Origin: the human T2T-CHM13v2.0 reference genome, Homo sapiens
Length of the DNA stretch: 64,000 nt
Assembly: GCF_009914755.1 (NCBI RefSeq)
Contig: NC_060933.1
Strand: one strand, 5' to 3'
Shown: positions 1-12,600 of the stretch, one piece after another
Position numbering within the stretch: the stretch's first letter is position 1
How the letters are laid out: every line of letters starts with the position of its first letter
Notes under the pieces: model-generated
Databases searched by the model: none
What the model saw: the letters and a program-made list of their open reading frames with translations, nothing else
Told to the model about the DNA's origin: nothing
Program-made: the position numbers and the translations under genes

Positions 1-559
1 ACTTGCATGGAGGATCTTTGCCTCTGCATCCCCCCAACCCCTCAGCCTCCCTCTGCAGCCCTGGCCCTGGCTCTGCCCCTATTCCCTTCCCCCAGACAGG
101 CCCTCTCTGCCATCCCTGCAGTACCTTTAGAATGGCCTGGATGAAGATCCAGAAAGCCAGGTTCAAGGCCCGGCTCTGCCTCCGGCCACTGGCCTAACCC
201 GGGGTGAGAGCCTTCAGTTCTCCTCTGGAAAATGGGTACGCCTGCCCCCAGCCCTTCCTCGCAGCAGGTGGAAGGTACAGGAGAAGCGTCCTGTAGGGAG
301 CCGGCTCAGGGCAGGCAGTAGGCCAGGCACTGAGCGCTCCCTCCTCCACGACCATCCCGGCCTCCGAGGGGCCTGGGAAGCCCCAAGACCCTTCAGCTTC
401 CGCTAGTTTGCTTTGGATCCAAGTCTCACAGGTGGCCCCTTCTAATCGGGTGACTTTAACCAATGTGTTTGGGGGAGGTAGTGACAACAGGCCCGGGGCG
501 AGGGACTGAAGGTCTCCTCCCACCCACCTGGAGGCAGGTCTCTGTCTGGCTGGGCCGGG

Positions 560-741
560 TGGGGGGCCCAAGAGGGCGGGGTGGGGAGCGGAAAGGGGCG
601 TGGCCGAGGGGCGGGGTCTCCCGGGCCGAGGGGCGGGATCTCCTGGTATCTGCCAGAGCCCGCCGCTGCCTCCCCGACTTCAGTCCCCGCAGATGCCTCG
701 CAGACGGTGAACGGCCACAGGCGCCAGGCCAGGCATAGCGG
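560..741 (+). promoter_or_regulatory. ADGRD2: GC-box promoter and probable noncoding first exon of ADGRD2
   Basis: CpG-rich stretch with clustered GGGCGG/GGGGCGTGGC boxes (~574-637), followed by donor CGG|GTGAGG after 741; TSS position inferred. Confidence 0.5.
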
Positions 742-1374
742 GTGAGGAACTGGAGCTGGGAACAGGGGAGGGACCAGCGGATGAAGGGGAGGCCCCTGAC
801 TCAGGCCCATTGGCGCCTCGCGGAGGAGGGACGCGCAGTGGTGGGCAAACTTCGCATCTCCCTCTCGGGCCTCAACGAGTGTTTGGAGAGCAAGAAAAGT
901 GGGCGCCAGGGGGCTTGAGGGCGCGAATCCAGGCAGACGTGAACGAGGGAGTGCTTTTCAGAATCCAAAACGCGGGAGCCTCCCAGTCCTCCGGTGAGGG
1001 GCGTGTTGGATTTTCGTGCTGTCTGGAAAAGGGAAAAGGGGTGAATGATCACTGGTGATGGCTCAGATGCCGTCACCAGGTGGCATGAGGCCAGGTGTCA
1101 GGACACCGTGTTTTCTCAGGCACATTTGTGTAAAGCCAGGGCTGGAGCAGAGACCCAGGAGGCTCTTCCCTGCCTGCAGAGCCCCCCAGGTTGACGGGAG
1201 TGACCCCAGATCACCCAGGGTTAGGGTATCCCCGCTGAGCACAGCGTCTGGCTGTGGCACACCCACCAGCCGGAACCACAAGCTGAACCTGGAGGTGGTA
1301 CTACTGAGAGACTGGGAGGCAGTCCAGGCAGGAGGGATGGCATGGTCACAGGTCCAGAGGAGGGAAACTCAGAA

Positions 1375-1430
1375 ATGGACGCACCTTGGGGAGCAGGGGA
1401 AAGGTGGCTGCACGGAGCAGCGGTGGACAG
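1375..1430 (+). CDS. ADGRD2: ADGRD2 alternative first coding exon (MDAPWGAGERWLHGAAVDR)
   Basis: ATG 1375, donor CAG|GTGAGG after 1430; in frame with 2322-2389 then 2741. Matches the GPR144 N-terminus as I recall it, but it has no signal-peptide character. Confidence 0.45.
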
Positions 1431-1897
1431 GTGAGGCCAGAGAACTCGGCAGAGGCCTGATGAAGCAGAACCTTGGCGGAGAACCTCAAGGAACACAAAG
1501 CCCACCTGGACCTGAGCTTCCCCCACCCGCTGCAGGGACCCTGAGCTCTGTTTCGCCCCTCTCTGGCCAGCGACTGCTGCTGCCTCCCCCTCTCCCAGCT
1601 CTCCAGGGCGACAGTGTTTCCCTGCTTCGGTCCTGAAGGGGCTCCTGGAGACCATCTTTTGTGCAAGTAAATGTCGTCCCTACTAGGTGGGCCACCCCAT
1701 CCTGGGCTTCCAGCCCACTGGTTGGTTCCCAGCTCAGTGGGGTCTGGGAGTCAAACAAAGGGCAAACGGACCCTGCAGAAGTCCAAGGGCGAAGCAAGGC
1801 AGGATGCCCAGCTGCTTTCCTGCGACTTTTTTTTCCTCAGTCCAAGTTGGCCTGCCTGTGACCCCTGCTGTCTGTCACCTGCTCCGTTGGATCCAGG

Positions 1898-1933
1898 ATG
1901 GCACCGTGGTGCTACTGTTTCCTCTGCCTCCTG
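1898..1933 (+). CDS. ADGRD2: ADGRD2 candidate signal-peptide exon (MAPWCYCFLCLL); exon starts at 1841
   Basis: Strong acceptor TTTTTTTTCCTCAG| before 1841, Kozak aggATGG at 1898, donor CTG|GTACCT after 1933, phase 0. Confidence 0.55.
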
Positions 1934-2321
1934 GTACCTTCACTTCTGGGAGGGCAGTGCCTGGGAGGAAGTCAAGGGGACTCACAGCTTCAAGGGTTCC
2001 AAGTGGCCATCCTTACCTCATAAGGTCACTGCAAATGTTATCCAAGATAAGTCCTGGCACAGACGGAATAAAAGCACTCACTAAGGGTGACCCCTCTTAC
2101 TCATCAGCCTGTTTACTCCTCACACAGGGAAAAGGCTCAGGGCAGCAAAGGGCCCTCCCGAGATCACACTCTGAGTGGTGGGATTTGAATCCAGGTCTGA
2201 CTGCAGAGTCTGCAGCTTCCACTGAATGCCCCCCTCCCACCCACCCCCAGAGTAGGCATTCAACAACTGCAAGTGTGAGGGGAGGGTTGTCCCAGCCCCC
2301 ACCTGTCTTCTTCTCTCCCAG

Positions 2322-2358
2322 ATCAGGAGTCTCTCTGGGACCCCCTCCAACTCCCCAG
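2322..2358 (+). CDS. ADGRD2: ADGRD2 exon (IRSLSGTPSNSP; alternative donor at 2389 in the other frame)
   Basis: Acceptor TTCTTCTCTCCCAG|; donors CAG|GTGAAT (2358) and TTG|GTATGA (2389), both giving phase 1 into 2741. Confidence 0.65.
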
Positions 2359-2740
2359 GTGAATCAAGGAACCCTTGGGCCCCAGGTTGGTATGAGGGAT
2401 CCCCCCAGGGAGGGTCCCAGTCCCCCAGCTAAGCAAGTCTGTGATCCAAGGGGTGCACTGGCCTAGAATGCAAAGGAGGGGAAGAGTAACATTTAGTTCC
2501 ACCCCCACCATACCAGGCCCTGCGAGGAACGCTTCACTGGTTTCCGTCTCATTCCTGCCATTGCGCAGATGACGAAAAGAGCTCTGCAAGAGGACAGGAC
2601 TCAGCAGGCCATAGACATGGGCGGGTTCAGCCCCATCCAGCCCGAATGACTCCAAGCCCAGTGTCCTTGGCTCCGCCCAGCCCTGGAAGAGTCAGATGCC
2701 CACAAAATGCACCCCCCACCGTCTCTCTTATCGTTTTTAG

Positions 2741-2953
2741 CCCCCGTGGCCGCCGGCGAGGTGGTGAAGACTGCAGGTGGGGTGTGCAAGTTCTCTGGAC
2801 AGCGACTGAGCTGGTGGCAGGCCCAAGAGTCCTGCGAGCAGCAGTTTGGCCACTTGGCACTGCAGCCCCCTGATGGGGTTCTTGCTTCACGGCTGCGCGA
2901 TCCGGTCTGGGTGGGCCAAAGAGAGGCCCCTCTGCGGAGACCCCCACAGAGGC
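2741..2953 (+). CDS. ADGRD2: ADGRD2 exon, C-type-lectin-like segment
   Basis: TTTTTAG|...C|GTGAGT; encodes CKFSGQRLSWWQAQESCEQQFGHLA...VWVG; 213 nt, phase 1-1. Confidence 0.9.
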
Positions 2954-3265
2954 GTGAGTGTGGGCCCCTGGGAAATGGGAGCAAGGGGCAGAGGCTCTGG
3001 TGACCTTCAGATATAGGAGCCCACAGTGACAATATTTGCAGAATGAGCCGGGAGTAAGACCCCATTGCATCTCCAGGTTCCTTTGCCCTGGACTGGGCGT
3101 CGGGGCTTGACTCTTGGGTAGGGGAACTCTAGCCCCCATTTCCTCCTTCCCGAGGTGGGGAGGCATCCCAAAGCCTGGAAGGACCCCACCGCTGAGCCAA
3201 AGGGCAGGGGCAGGACCATGTGCACAGGTGAGGAAACTGAGGTCGCAGCCCACGTGTCCCTGCAG

Positions 3266-3907
3266 GTGCGCGCACCACCGCCGTGCTGGTGTTCGGCGAG
3301 AGGACGGCTGACCGGGCGGCGCGGCTGCGGAGCCCTCTGCCTGAGCTGGCAGCGCTGACCGCGTGTACTCACGTGCAGTGGGACTGTGCCTCGCCCGACC
3401 CCGCAGCGCTCTTCTCCGTTGCCGCGCCCGCGCTGCCCAACGCGCTGCAGCTGCGCGCCTTCGCCGAGCCGGGGGGCGTCGTGCGCGCTGCGCTGGTGGT
3501 GCGTGGGCAGCACGCGCCCTTCCTCGCAGCCTTCCGCGCCGACGGCCGCTGGCACCATGTGTGCGCCACGTGGGAGCAGCGGGGCGGGCGCTGGGCGCTG
3601 TTCTCCGATGGGAGGCGGCGCGCTGGGGCGCGGGGGCTGGGCGCCGGCCACCCGGTGCCGTCCGGCGGCATCCTGGTGCTGGGCCAGGATCAGGACTCTC
3701 TGGGCGGTGGCTTCTCGGTGCGTGACGCCTTCAGCGGCAACCTCACCGACTTCCACCTGTGGGCGCGGGCGCTGAGCCCCGCTCAGCTGCACCGGGCACG
3801 GGCCTGCGCGCCGCCCTCAGAGGGCCTGCTCTTCCGCTGGGACCCGGGCGCCCTGGACGTCACGCCCTCGCTGCTGCCCACTGTGTGGGTGCGCCTTCTC
3901 TGTCCCG
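3266..3907 (+). CDS. ADGRD2: ADGRD2 pentraxin-domain exon (CpG-island exon)
   Basis: Pentraxin motifs WHHVCATW and ILVLGQDQDSLGGGF; canonical AG/GT; 642 nt, phase 1-1. Confidence 0.95.
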
Positions 3908-4229
3908 GTACGACCCGCCCCGCCCCGGCCCCACCCCATGGCCCCGAATCCTTCCCTTCCGACCCTGGAACTCGACCCACCCCTTGCCAACCAAGCCACG
4001 CCTAGCTCTGGCCACGCCCTCTCCAGGCCGCAGTGCCTGCAAGCTCCAGCATAAACCTGGTCCCAGCAGCCTGGGGGTCTGCGCTCGTCCCCCGGCCCCC
4101 TTACCCCCACCCCGAGCTGGCAACAGTGTCCCTCTCTCAGGTTTCACATTGCCACCTAACCCCGGGGCCGTGCGTCCTGGCTCGCCAGGGTCCCCTAGGG
4201 AGCCCTGACAGCTCCCCTGCCCCTGCCAG

Positions 4230-4328
4230 TGCCCTCCGAGGAGTGCCCTACGTGGAACCCGGGACCTCGCAGTGAGGGCTCTGAGCTCTGCCTGGAGCCG
4301 CAGCCCTTCCTCTGCTGCTACCGGACAG
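4230..4328 (+). CDS. ADGRD2: ADGRD2 exon (VPSEECPTW...FLCCYRT)
   Basis: CAG|...G|GTGCGC; 99 nt, frame-consistent. Confidence 0.85.
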
Positions 4329-4714
4329 GTGCGCCCTGGCTGTACCCCTGGGCTCTGCTGAAGGGAAAGCCGGTGTGGACCGGAGTAGACTGAGAGGGGG
4401 TGAGCTGCTGGCAAAGTCTGGGAATTCAGAATAAACTCAGAGCTTCAAGGTCTCCATGGAGTCTAGGCCACAGAGCAGTGGGTCCAGACGGACCTAAGGG
4501 TGAATCGAAATTGTGTGACCTTGGGCAAGCTCTTTTGCCATTCTGTGCCTCAGTTTCCCCATCTAGAACACCGTGTGTAAGACTCTGGACACACAGCCAT
4601 CAAGGTGCTCTTCCTTCCCTGGGCAGCACGTGGTGGGTGGAGGTCACTGAACAGGCTGGCATCTCTGGGCAGGGGTATTGCCCGGGGCCTAGCCTGGCAT
4701 CCACTCCTTTGCAG

Positions 4715-4800
4715 AGCCCTATCGTCGGCTGCAGGATGCCCAGTCGTGGCCTGGCCAGGATGTTATCAGCCGAGTCAATGCCTTGGCCAACGACATTGTG
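4715..4800 (+). CDS. ADGRD2: ADGRD2 exon (EPYRRLQDAQ...LANDIV)
   Basis: TTTGCAG|...GTG|GTGAGC; phase 1-0. Confidence 0.85.
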
Positions 4801-5073
4801 GTGAGCTCCCTCTCAGGGGCTGGAAAGCCTGGGGGCTCCATGGGTCACCTCGCTGCACCTCAGTTTCCTCCCTTGTAAAGGGGACACCCACCTGGTGTGT
4901 CTGCAGGAATAAAGGCCATTCAGGCTCCCTATTCTGTAGCCCCTGAGAGTTGGCGGCTTGTGACAAGTTTAATGGGTGCCCACCAAGAAGACCCTGGCAA
5001 AGCCCAAGTGTGGCCCTTGGGGGGATCCCCTCATAACAACCAGACCCAGAGTCAGTGGCTCCTCTGTCCACAG

Positions 5074-5358
5074 CTCCTCCCGGACCCCCTCTCCGAAGTC
5101 CATGGGGCCCTGTCCCCAGCGGAGGCCTCCAGCTTCCTGGGCCTTCTGGAGCATGTCCTGGCGATGGAGATGGCTCCCCTGGGGCCGGCCGCACTGCTGG
5201 CTGTTGTCCGCTTCCTGAAGAGGGTGGTGGCCCTCGGGGCTGGGGACCCAGAGCTGTTGTTGACAGGCCCCTGGGAGCAGCTGAGCCAAGGCGTTGTATC
5301 TGTGGCCAGCCTGGTCCTGGAGGAGCAGGTGGCTGACACATGGCTCTCCCTCCGTGAA
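5074..5358 (+). CDS. ADGRD2: ADGRD2 exon, helical GAIN region
   Basis: CACAG|LLPDPLSE...WLSLRE|GTGAGG; 285 nt, phase 0-0. Confidence 0.9.
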
Positions 5359-5502
5359 GTGAGGCTGGCAGGGCTGGGTGGGGCAGGGGCCTGGGCTATG
5401 GTTCCAGCCTAGCCACCAGCTGGTTGTGTAGCTGTGGGGGAGTCAGCATCTAGCTATGGGCTCCATCTCTGCGTCTATCCTGAAAAGCTTCTCTTTTGTC
5501 TA

Positions 5503-5833
<331 letters not shown>

Positions 5834-6851
5834 ATTGCACTTTAACAATAGCTTCTGTAGTTAAATGAAGTGATTAAGAACCACCAGTCAGTAAGAGCCT
5901 CCACCATCTCCAAGAACCTGCTGACCACCTTAAGTGGGGGATCTATGCCAAGTGGACAGTCCACCTTGTCTGCCTAAACAGCCCAGACACTCTGGACAAC
6001 ATGAGAGGTGCTATCCAGATGGAGAGGCTGTTGGAAACCTTGTCCTGGTGGAAGTGGCTGTCGGCCTGGGAGTGATCAGCCCAGAGCAGGGAGGGAACGA
6101 GAATCATGAACAGTGCCTGCAAATTATCTGGGGTTGAAGGAGCAAACCTGGTCCCCCTGTGGGCCTCAGAGGACAGAACTGGGACTAGGACATGGGGGTA
6201 GGGGAAGATGGCATAACACAGGAGGCTGGTTCTATGGAATGATTCACCATGGGTAGTGAGCTCCCCGTCCTGGGAAGTGTGCAAGCCCATAGTTGATTAG
6301 GGATCCGAGGCACTGCAGTAGACTGAGGAAAGCCAGACTGAAGCTCAGTTTTCTTCCCTGGGGAATAGGGATGATCACGCCAGCCTTGCTAAGGCAATGG
6401 AGAGGCGTTAGGGATGAACAGTGTGACTTGCCCAGCACAGAGTAGGTGCCCCATGAATGCAGGTTCCTCTCCTCCCTCCCCTGCTCTCACCACCCCCATC
6501 CATGGCTTTCCTTTTGGAATCTCAGTGTTGAGCACCCATTACAGGTCTAGCACTGAGCCACAGCAAAGGGGTAGGCATGGCCCAGCCTTCGGAGTGTGCC
6601 CTGGTTGGCAAACAGGAGGATGGGGTGGCTTGGGAGATAGAATTGGATAGGTCGAAGGAGGCTGGGGCAGGCAGGGCTTCAAATGTCAACCTGAGGACCC
6701 AGGACTTGATCCTAGAGTCCTTAAAGAGCCACGGAGGGTCTGGAGAGGGCAGGACCACCTCCCAGATCATGGAGCATTTATCCCAGCGCTCAGGGCAGGC
6801 GGCAGTGGGGTGCAGAGTGTGACAGAGAGCTGAGATGCAGCGTCCTCCCAG

Positions 6852-6963
6852 GTGATTGGTGGGCCTATGGCCCTGGTGGCGAGTGTGCAGCGCCTGGCAC
6901 CCCTGCTGAGCACCTCAATGACCTCAGAGCGGCCCCGAATGCGCATCCAGCACCGCCATGCTG
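6852..6963 (+). CDS. ADGRD2: ADGRD2 exon (VIGGPMALVASVQRL...HRHA)
   Basis: CCCAG|...G|GTGAGC; phase 0-1. Confidence 0.85.
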
Positions 6964-7701
6964 GTGAGCCTGCACCCACCTGCCCACACGGCTGGACTCA
7001 GACCTCCCTCCTCAGCCCTGGTGACTGGGAGCTGTCTGAACTTCCACAGACACTCCATTCTATTTCCTGCCTTTGCCCATGCTGTGCCCTGCATCCAGAA
7101 TGCCCTCTCTCCCTCGATCTCCTAGCAAACACCTATACATCCTTCAGAACCCTGTGTGGGCCTCACTCCCTCTAGGAAGCCTTCCTGTTTTAGCTCTCTC
7201 CTCCTCTGAGAGACAGTTCCTCCCACCTCTGTTACCCCAGAACCTTGAACATGTCTTTCATTGCATTTCTGGTAATTACATAATGGAATTATCTCCCTCT
7301 ATGGGACACTCCTTGAGTGGTAAGGCTGTTTCTGAGCCATCTCAGCATCTTGGGGCCAAGCCCAAGTACACACTCCGTGAATGTTTGTAGCCTGAATGGG
7401 GGTGCACCTGTGGTGAAGCTTCAGGTACAAACACGTGTCCTTCGGGTACCCACCAGTTTCTGGTGACTCATCAATATTCAGGTCCTGCCTCGCGGTGACC
7501 GCCCCTCCTTCTCAGTGACCCCCTTCCCCTGGAATTGGAAAAGTCAGATTTGCCTTGGGCAAGTTGCTGAACCTCTCTGAGCAGGAATGGTGGCCTCCTA
7601 GGCCTATGGCAGGAAGGAGGGATCCAGACCCTGCTAGCTGGGCCTGCTCAGCAGAAAGACCTCACTCCGAGGTCCAGCCACCCAGCCCCATTTACCCCCA
7701 G

Positions 7702-7836
7702 GCCTGGAGGTGCGGAGCTTACGCTTGAGGGAGGCCAGCACGAGGGGCTGCTTATTCACAATGCCTGGTGGGCGTCCAGAGGGGCCCGGCCATATCCACA
7801 TTCCTGCGAGTGAAGTGAGGCGACTCCTCAGGAAAG
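7702..7836 (+). CDS. ADGRD2: ADGRD2 GAIN exon (GLEVRSLRL...HIHIPASEVRRLLRK)
   Basis: CCCCCAG|...AAG|GTGGGT; 135 nt symmetric phase 1-1, no stops; IxIP motif resembles aGPCR GAIN domains. Confidence 0.7.
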
Positions 7837-8342
7837 GTGGGTGAGGATGAGGGGGTGTCCAGAGCCCTGTTGGGTTCTGGGTCAAACCTCAGCTCTAACT
7901 GTCGCTAGCTGTGCTACTCATCTTTCAGATCCTCAGTTTGCTCGTCTGTAAAATGGGCACATTACTACTTGCCTTGTGGCTTATGAGGTTAAAAGCACCC
8001 ACCACAGAGTGGTGTTCACTTACTCTCCTCCACCGAACCACACACATCTTCCCTCGGGAGTGGGTGGTGGAGGAAGATCCCCTGTGCTTGATGCCATGCA
8101 GGGGTGGGGGATTAGGGCAAGGGGCAAAGGGCCTTGGAGTTGTGAGGTTCAGCACATGGACTGTGGCTGCTTGGAATTTTGGCTCTTCCACTTCTTAGCT
8201 GTGTGATCTTAGGGAAGTCAGTTTACCTCTCTGAGCCTCAGTTTCCCTATCTCTAGAGTGGGGAGAGCATCACCCTCGGGGCCAACTGGTGGTGCTTGCC
8301 CAGCCACCGGGTGGTGCCTTGGTGCCCCTTCCTCTCAGCCAG

Positions 8343-8466
8343 GCCTCTCTGGAGTCACCGTGATCCACAGCTGGTTCACCTCCAGAGTCTTCCAGCACAC
8401 CCTAGAGGGACCGGACCTAGAGCCCCAGGCCCCTGCCAGCTCAGAGGAGGCAAACAGGGTGCAGAG
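8343..8466 (+). CDS. ADGRD2: ADGRD2 exon (GLSGVTVIHSWF...NRVQR)
   Basis: CAG|...AG|GTGAGT; phase 1-2. Confidence 0.85.
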
Positions 8467-8845
8467 GTGAGTAGGCGCCACCTGGAGGGCTGTGAGGGCC
8501 TGTGTCCCCTCCCCAAGGAAGGCCAAAGCCCCCGTTCTGGTGGGCGCATGTGTCCTTAGCAGCCCAGGGCCCACCCTTTCCCACCGCTGCCCAACACACA
8601 CACACTTCTGCACCTGCCAGAGGTGAACACGGCTCAACTCCTGTCTGGGGTTCTGGCTTCTGTGTTGGGACTTACCCAAGTTACCAGCAAGTCCCTAAGG
8701 CAAGACTGAACCAGGTGCCACAATTCCTGATATCCCTTCGGACACAGAGGCTGCCACCTCCACCGTAGGGGCCTGGGTGACATGCCGCAGCCAGGCACCA
8801 TCCCTCCTCCACAGCCACCCTTGAAAGCTCCCATTCTTCCCACAG

Positions 8846-8951
8846 GTTCCTAAGCACCCAGGTGGGGTCAGCCATCATCTCCTCTGAAGTGTGGGACGTC
8901 ACCGGAGAGGTCAACGTGGCCATGACCTTTCATCTCCAGCACCGGGCCCAG
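8846..8951 (+). CDS. ADGRD2: ADGRD2 exon (FLSTQVGSAIISS...TFHLQHRAQ)
   Basis: CACAG|...CAG|GTACTG; GAIN-like strands SAIISS and VAMTFHL; phase 2-0. Confidence 0.9.
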
Positions 8952-9411
8952 GTACTGGGTGGCGCTTCTGGGAAGCAGCCATCCTGGCGCACGTGTCCTG
9001 GTTCAGTTCCCCCAACCCCCAGTATTTATCCAATGGACAACCAAGGCCTAATAATGCACACAAAAGGTACCTGCAAGCCACCTCCATTGTCCTCAAGGGA
9101 ATGGGAAGGGAAGCGATTGACTGCAGGGTCACCTTATGGCAGGTGCCACAGATACGCAGCCTTCGTTTAATCCTCCAACCGCGCACTTCATCCAAAGCAT
9201 GGGAGGGCTGACGTGATTGGCCCCAGCTTGTAAGTGGCAGAGCTGGGATTTCATTCTACGTCTGCATAACTTGAAAACCTGTTAGTTCCCATGGAGTCAT
9301 TCACTGCAGCATGTGCAGTGAATTCATTCATTCACTCACTGCAGTGTGTGTACAGGGGCCTTCACATATGAATGTGCTTCATACAAATAAAAATAACCTA
9401 AATGTCCATCA

Positions 9412-9756
<345 letters not shown>

Positions 9757-9757
9757 T

Positions 9758-10128
9758 CAGCCCTCCATATGGGAGGGTTTCGCCACCAAGGATTCAAGCA
9801 ACCATGGGTGGAAAATATTCAGAAAAAATAGCATCTGTACTGAACATCTATAGACTTTTATTTTGGGGGTCATAAACAAGACAGTATAACAGCTATTTAT
9901 ATATTTATATTTTATTTCCTAAGCAAGACAGTATAATAGCTATTTATATAGCATTTAAGTTGTATTAGGTATTACAAGTAATCTAGAGATGACTTAAAGT
10001 ATACAGGAGCATGTGTTTAGGTTATATGCAAATACCATGCCATTTCATATAAAAAAACTTGAGCCTCAGCAGGTTTTGGCATCCTTGGGGGTCCTGGAAC
10101 CAATCTCCCGCAGGTAATAGGGACCAAG
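9758..10128 (-). mobile_element. MER2-like Tigger DNA transposon
   Basis: End GGGGGTCCTGGAACCAATCTCCC is the reverse complement of the MER2 terminus as I recall it. Confidence 0.7.
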
Positions 10129-10426
10129 TGTGCAATGGAATAGTCAACTGAAAGTTATATAGGGATTGAGGTATTTCTCTATAAACTGACATGGAAAGAT
10201 CTCCAAGATATGTTAAATTTCATTTCACGCTTAATACACAAATTTCTTCTCCCTTCTGAAACACTAGAATGTTTCAGAGAAAGCAAGTCTTCTTTGCTCA
10301 CAACCAGTAATCTTGGACACACACACACACACACACACCAACCACAGCTTATCACTCTCTTGTATATATCGTCAGAATGGGGCTGCGGGTGGATTGTTCA
10401 TGATGTGGAAAAGCGTCCACGCTCTG

Positions 10427-10749
10427 ATTTTTTTTTTTTTTTTTTTGAGACTGAGTCTCACTCTGTCACCCAGGCTGGAGTGCAAGTGGCACAATCTCAG
10501 CTCACTGCAACCTCCGCCCCCCGGGTCCAAGCCATTCTCCTGCCTCAGCCTCCTGAGTAGCTGGGACTACAGGCATGCGCTACCATGTCCAGCTAATTTT
10601 GTATATATATATATATATATTTTTTTTTTAGTAGAGATGGGGTTTCTCCATGTTGATCAGGCTGGTCTTGAACTCCCTACCTCAGGTGATCTGCCTGCCT
10701 CGGCCTCCCAAAGTGCTGGGATTACAGGTGTGAGCCACCACACCTGGCC
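10427..10749 (-). mobile_element. Alu with (TA)n in the linker
   Basis: Poly-T followed by antisense Alu consensus. Confidence 0.95.
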
Positions 10750-11956
10750 CTGTGTCTGTCTTTTCTAGCATTTCATGTAAATGGAATCATCTAGTATGTG
10801 TTGAGGCCTGGCTTTTGCTCAGGTCTCATTGGTGAGAATCATTCATGTTGTTGCACATTTCAATAGCTCATTCCTTTTTCACTGCTGAGTAGTACTGAGG
10901 TATATGGATGTACCATGATTTGTTTTTCCATTTACCTGCTGACAGAGATTTGACTTGTTTTCAGTTTGGGCTATTATGAATAAGTCTGCTATGAACACTC
11001 ATATACAAGTCTTTTTGTGGATAAATGATTTCTCTTTACTAGGTAGATTCCTGAAAGTAGACTTGCTGAGTTGTAGGATGAGCATATTTTAACTTCCTAA
11101 GAGACTGTCAAACTGTTCCCCAAAGTGGTTGAACCATTTTTACATTCCCACTAGCAGCATTGGAAAGTTCCAGTTGCTCCACACCTCTGCCAACATCCTT
11201 GTCAGTGTTTTTAATGTCATTCATTATAATAGTCATGTATTGCTATCTCATTGTGGATTTAAGCTGCAATTCCTTGAAAACCAATGACTCTGGGCATCTC
11301 TTTATACACTTATTAAGCAGTCATATATCTTCCTTTCTTAAATGCATCTTCAAATCTTTTCCCCAATTTTTAAATTATTTATTTTATTATTGAGTTGTAA
11401 GAATTCTTTATATATTTTGGATACAAGTCCTTTGTTAGAGATATGTCTTGTGAATAATTTCCGCTAGTCTGTGGCTTGCTTTTTGTTTTCTTAACAGTAT
11501 CTTTGGAAGATAAGTTTTTAATTGTGATGAAGTCCAATTTACCAATTTTTGTCTTGCATAGCTCATGCTTTTTGTATACTATCTAAGAAAGCTTTGCCAA
11601 TCCCAAGGTCACAAAGATATTCTCAAAGAAGTTTATCACTTTAACTTTTACATGTAGGTGTATGATGTATTTCAACTTAAGTTCTATATATTATGAAGGT
11701 AAAAAGGTTGAAGTTCATTTTTTTCCATATAGACAACCAGTTCCAATACTATTTGTTGAAAAGATTATTCTTTGCTCCCATTGAATTTTCTTGTCACCTT
11801 TGTTGAAATCAATTGTCTGCATATGTGTAGATCTATTTCTGGGCTGTGTGTTCTGTTCTAGTGATTTATATGCCTATCCCTATGTTAATTTCTTACTGTC
11901 CTGATTAATGTGCCTGTATAGTAAGCCTTGAAATCAGGTAGTGTATCTTCCAACTT

Positions 11957-12600
11957 TGTTTTTTTTTTTAATTTGTTTTTTGTTTTTTGTTTTTTTGAGA
12001 TGGAGTCTCACTCTGTCACCCAGGCTAGAGTACAGTGGTACGATCTCGGCTCACTGCAACTTCCACCTCCCGCGTTCAAGTGATTTTCCTGCCCCAGCCT
12101 ACAGTATCTGAGACTATAGGCACATGCCATCACGCCTCATCAATTTTTTGTATTTTTAGTAGAGACGGGGTTTCACCATGTTGGCCAGGCTGGTCTCGAA
12201 CTCCTGACCTCAAGTGAGCCATCTGCCTCAGCCTTCCAAAGTGCTGGGATTACAGGTGTGAGCCACGGTGCCTGGCCTAACTTTGTTCTTTTTCTTTTCT
12301 TTTTTTGAGACAGGGTCTCATTTTGTTGCCCAGGCTGGAGTACAGTGGTACGAACACGGCTCACTGTAGGTTCGACCTCCCTGGCTCAAGCGATCCTCCT
12401 CCCACCTCAGCCCCAGCCCCTCAAGTAGCTGGGATTACAGGCGATCTACCATGCCTGGCTAATTTTTTTTTTCTCTTTTTGTAGAGACAGGATTTTTCCA
12501 TGTTGCCCAGGCTGGTCTCAAACTCCTGGACTCAAGCAATCCACCTGCCTTAGCCTCCCAAAGTGCTGGGATTACAGGCACGAGCTACCACACCCAGCCT
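11957..12600 (-). mobile_element. Two tandem antisense Alus (~11957-12277, ~12294-12600)
   Basis: Two poly-T-led Alu consensus copies. Confidence 0.92.

Noticed and set aside
2569-2630. Acceptor-like TTGCGCAG|ATG at 2569 as an extra ADGRD2 exon
   Set aside because: No convincing GT donor keeps the frame into 2741.
9299-9323. 10-bp inverted repeat ATTCACTGCA-N5-TGCAGTGAAT
   Set aside because: Too short for a miRNA hairpin, and it sits among degenerate repeats.
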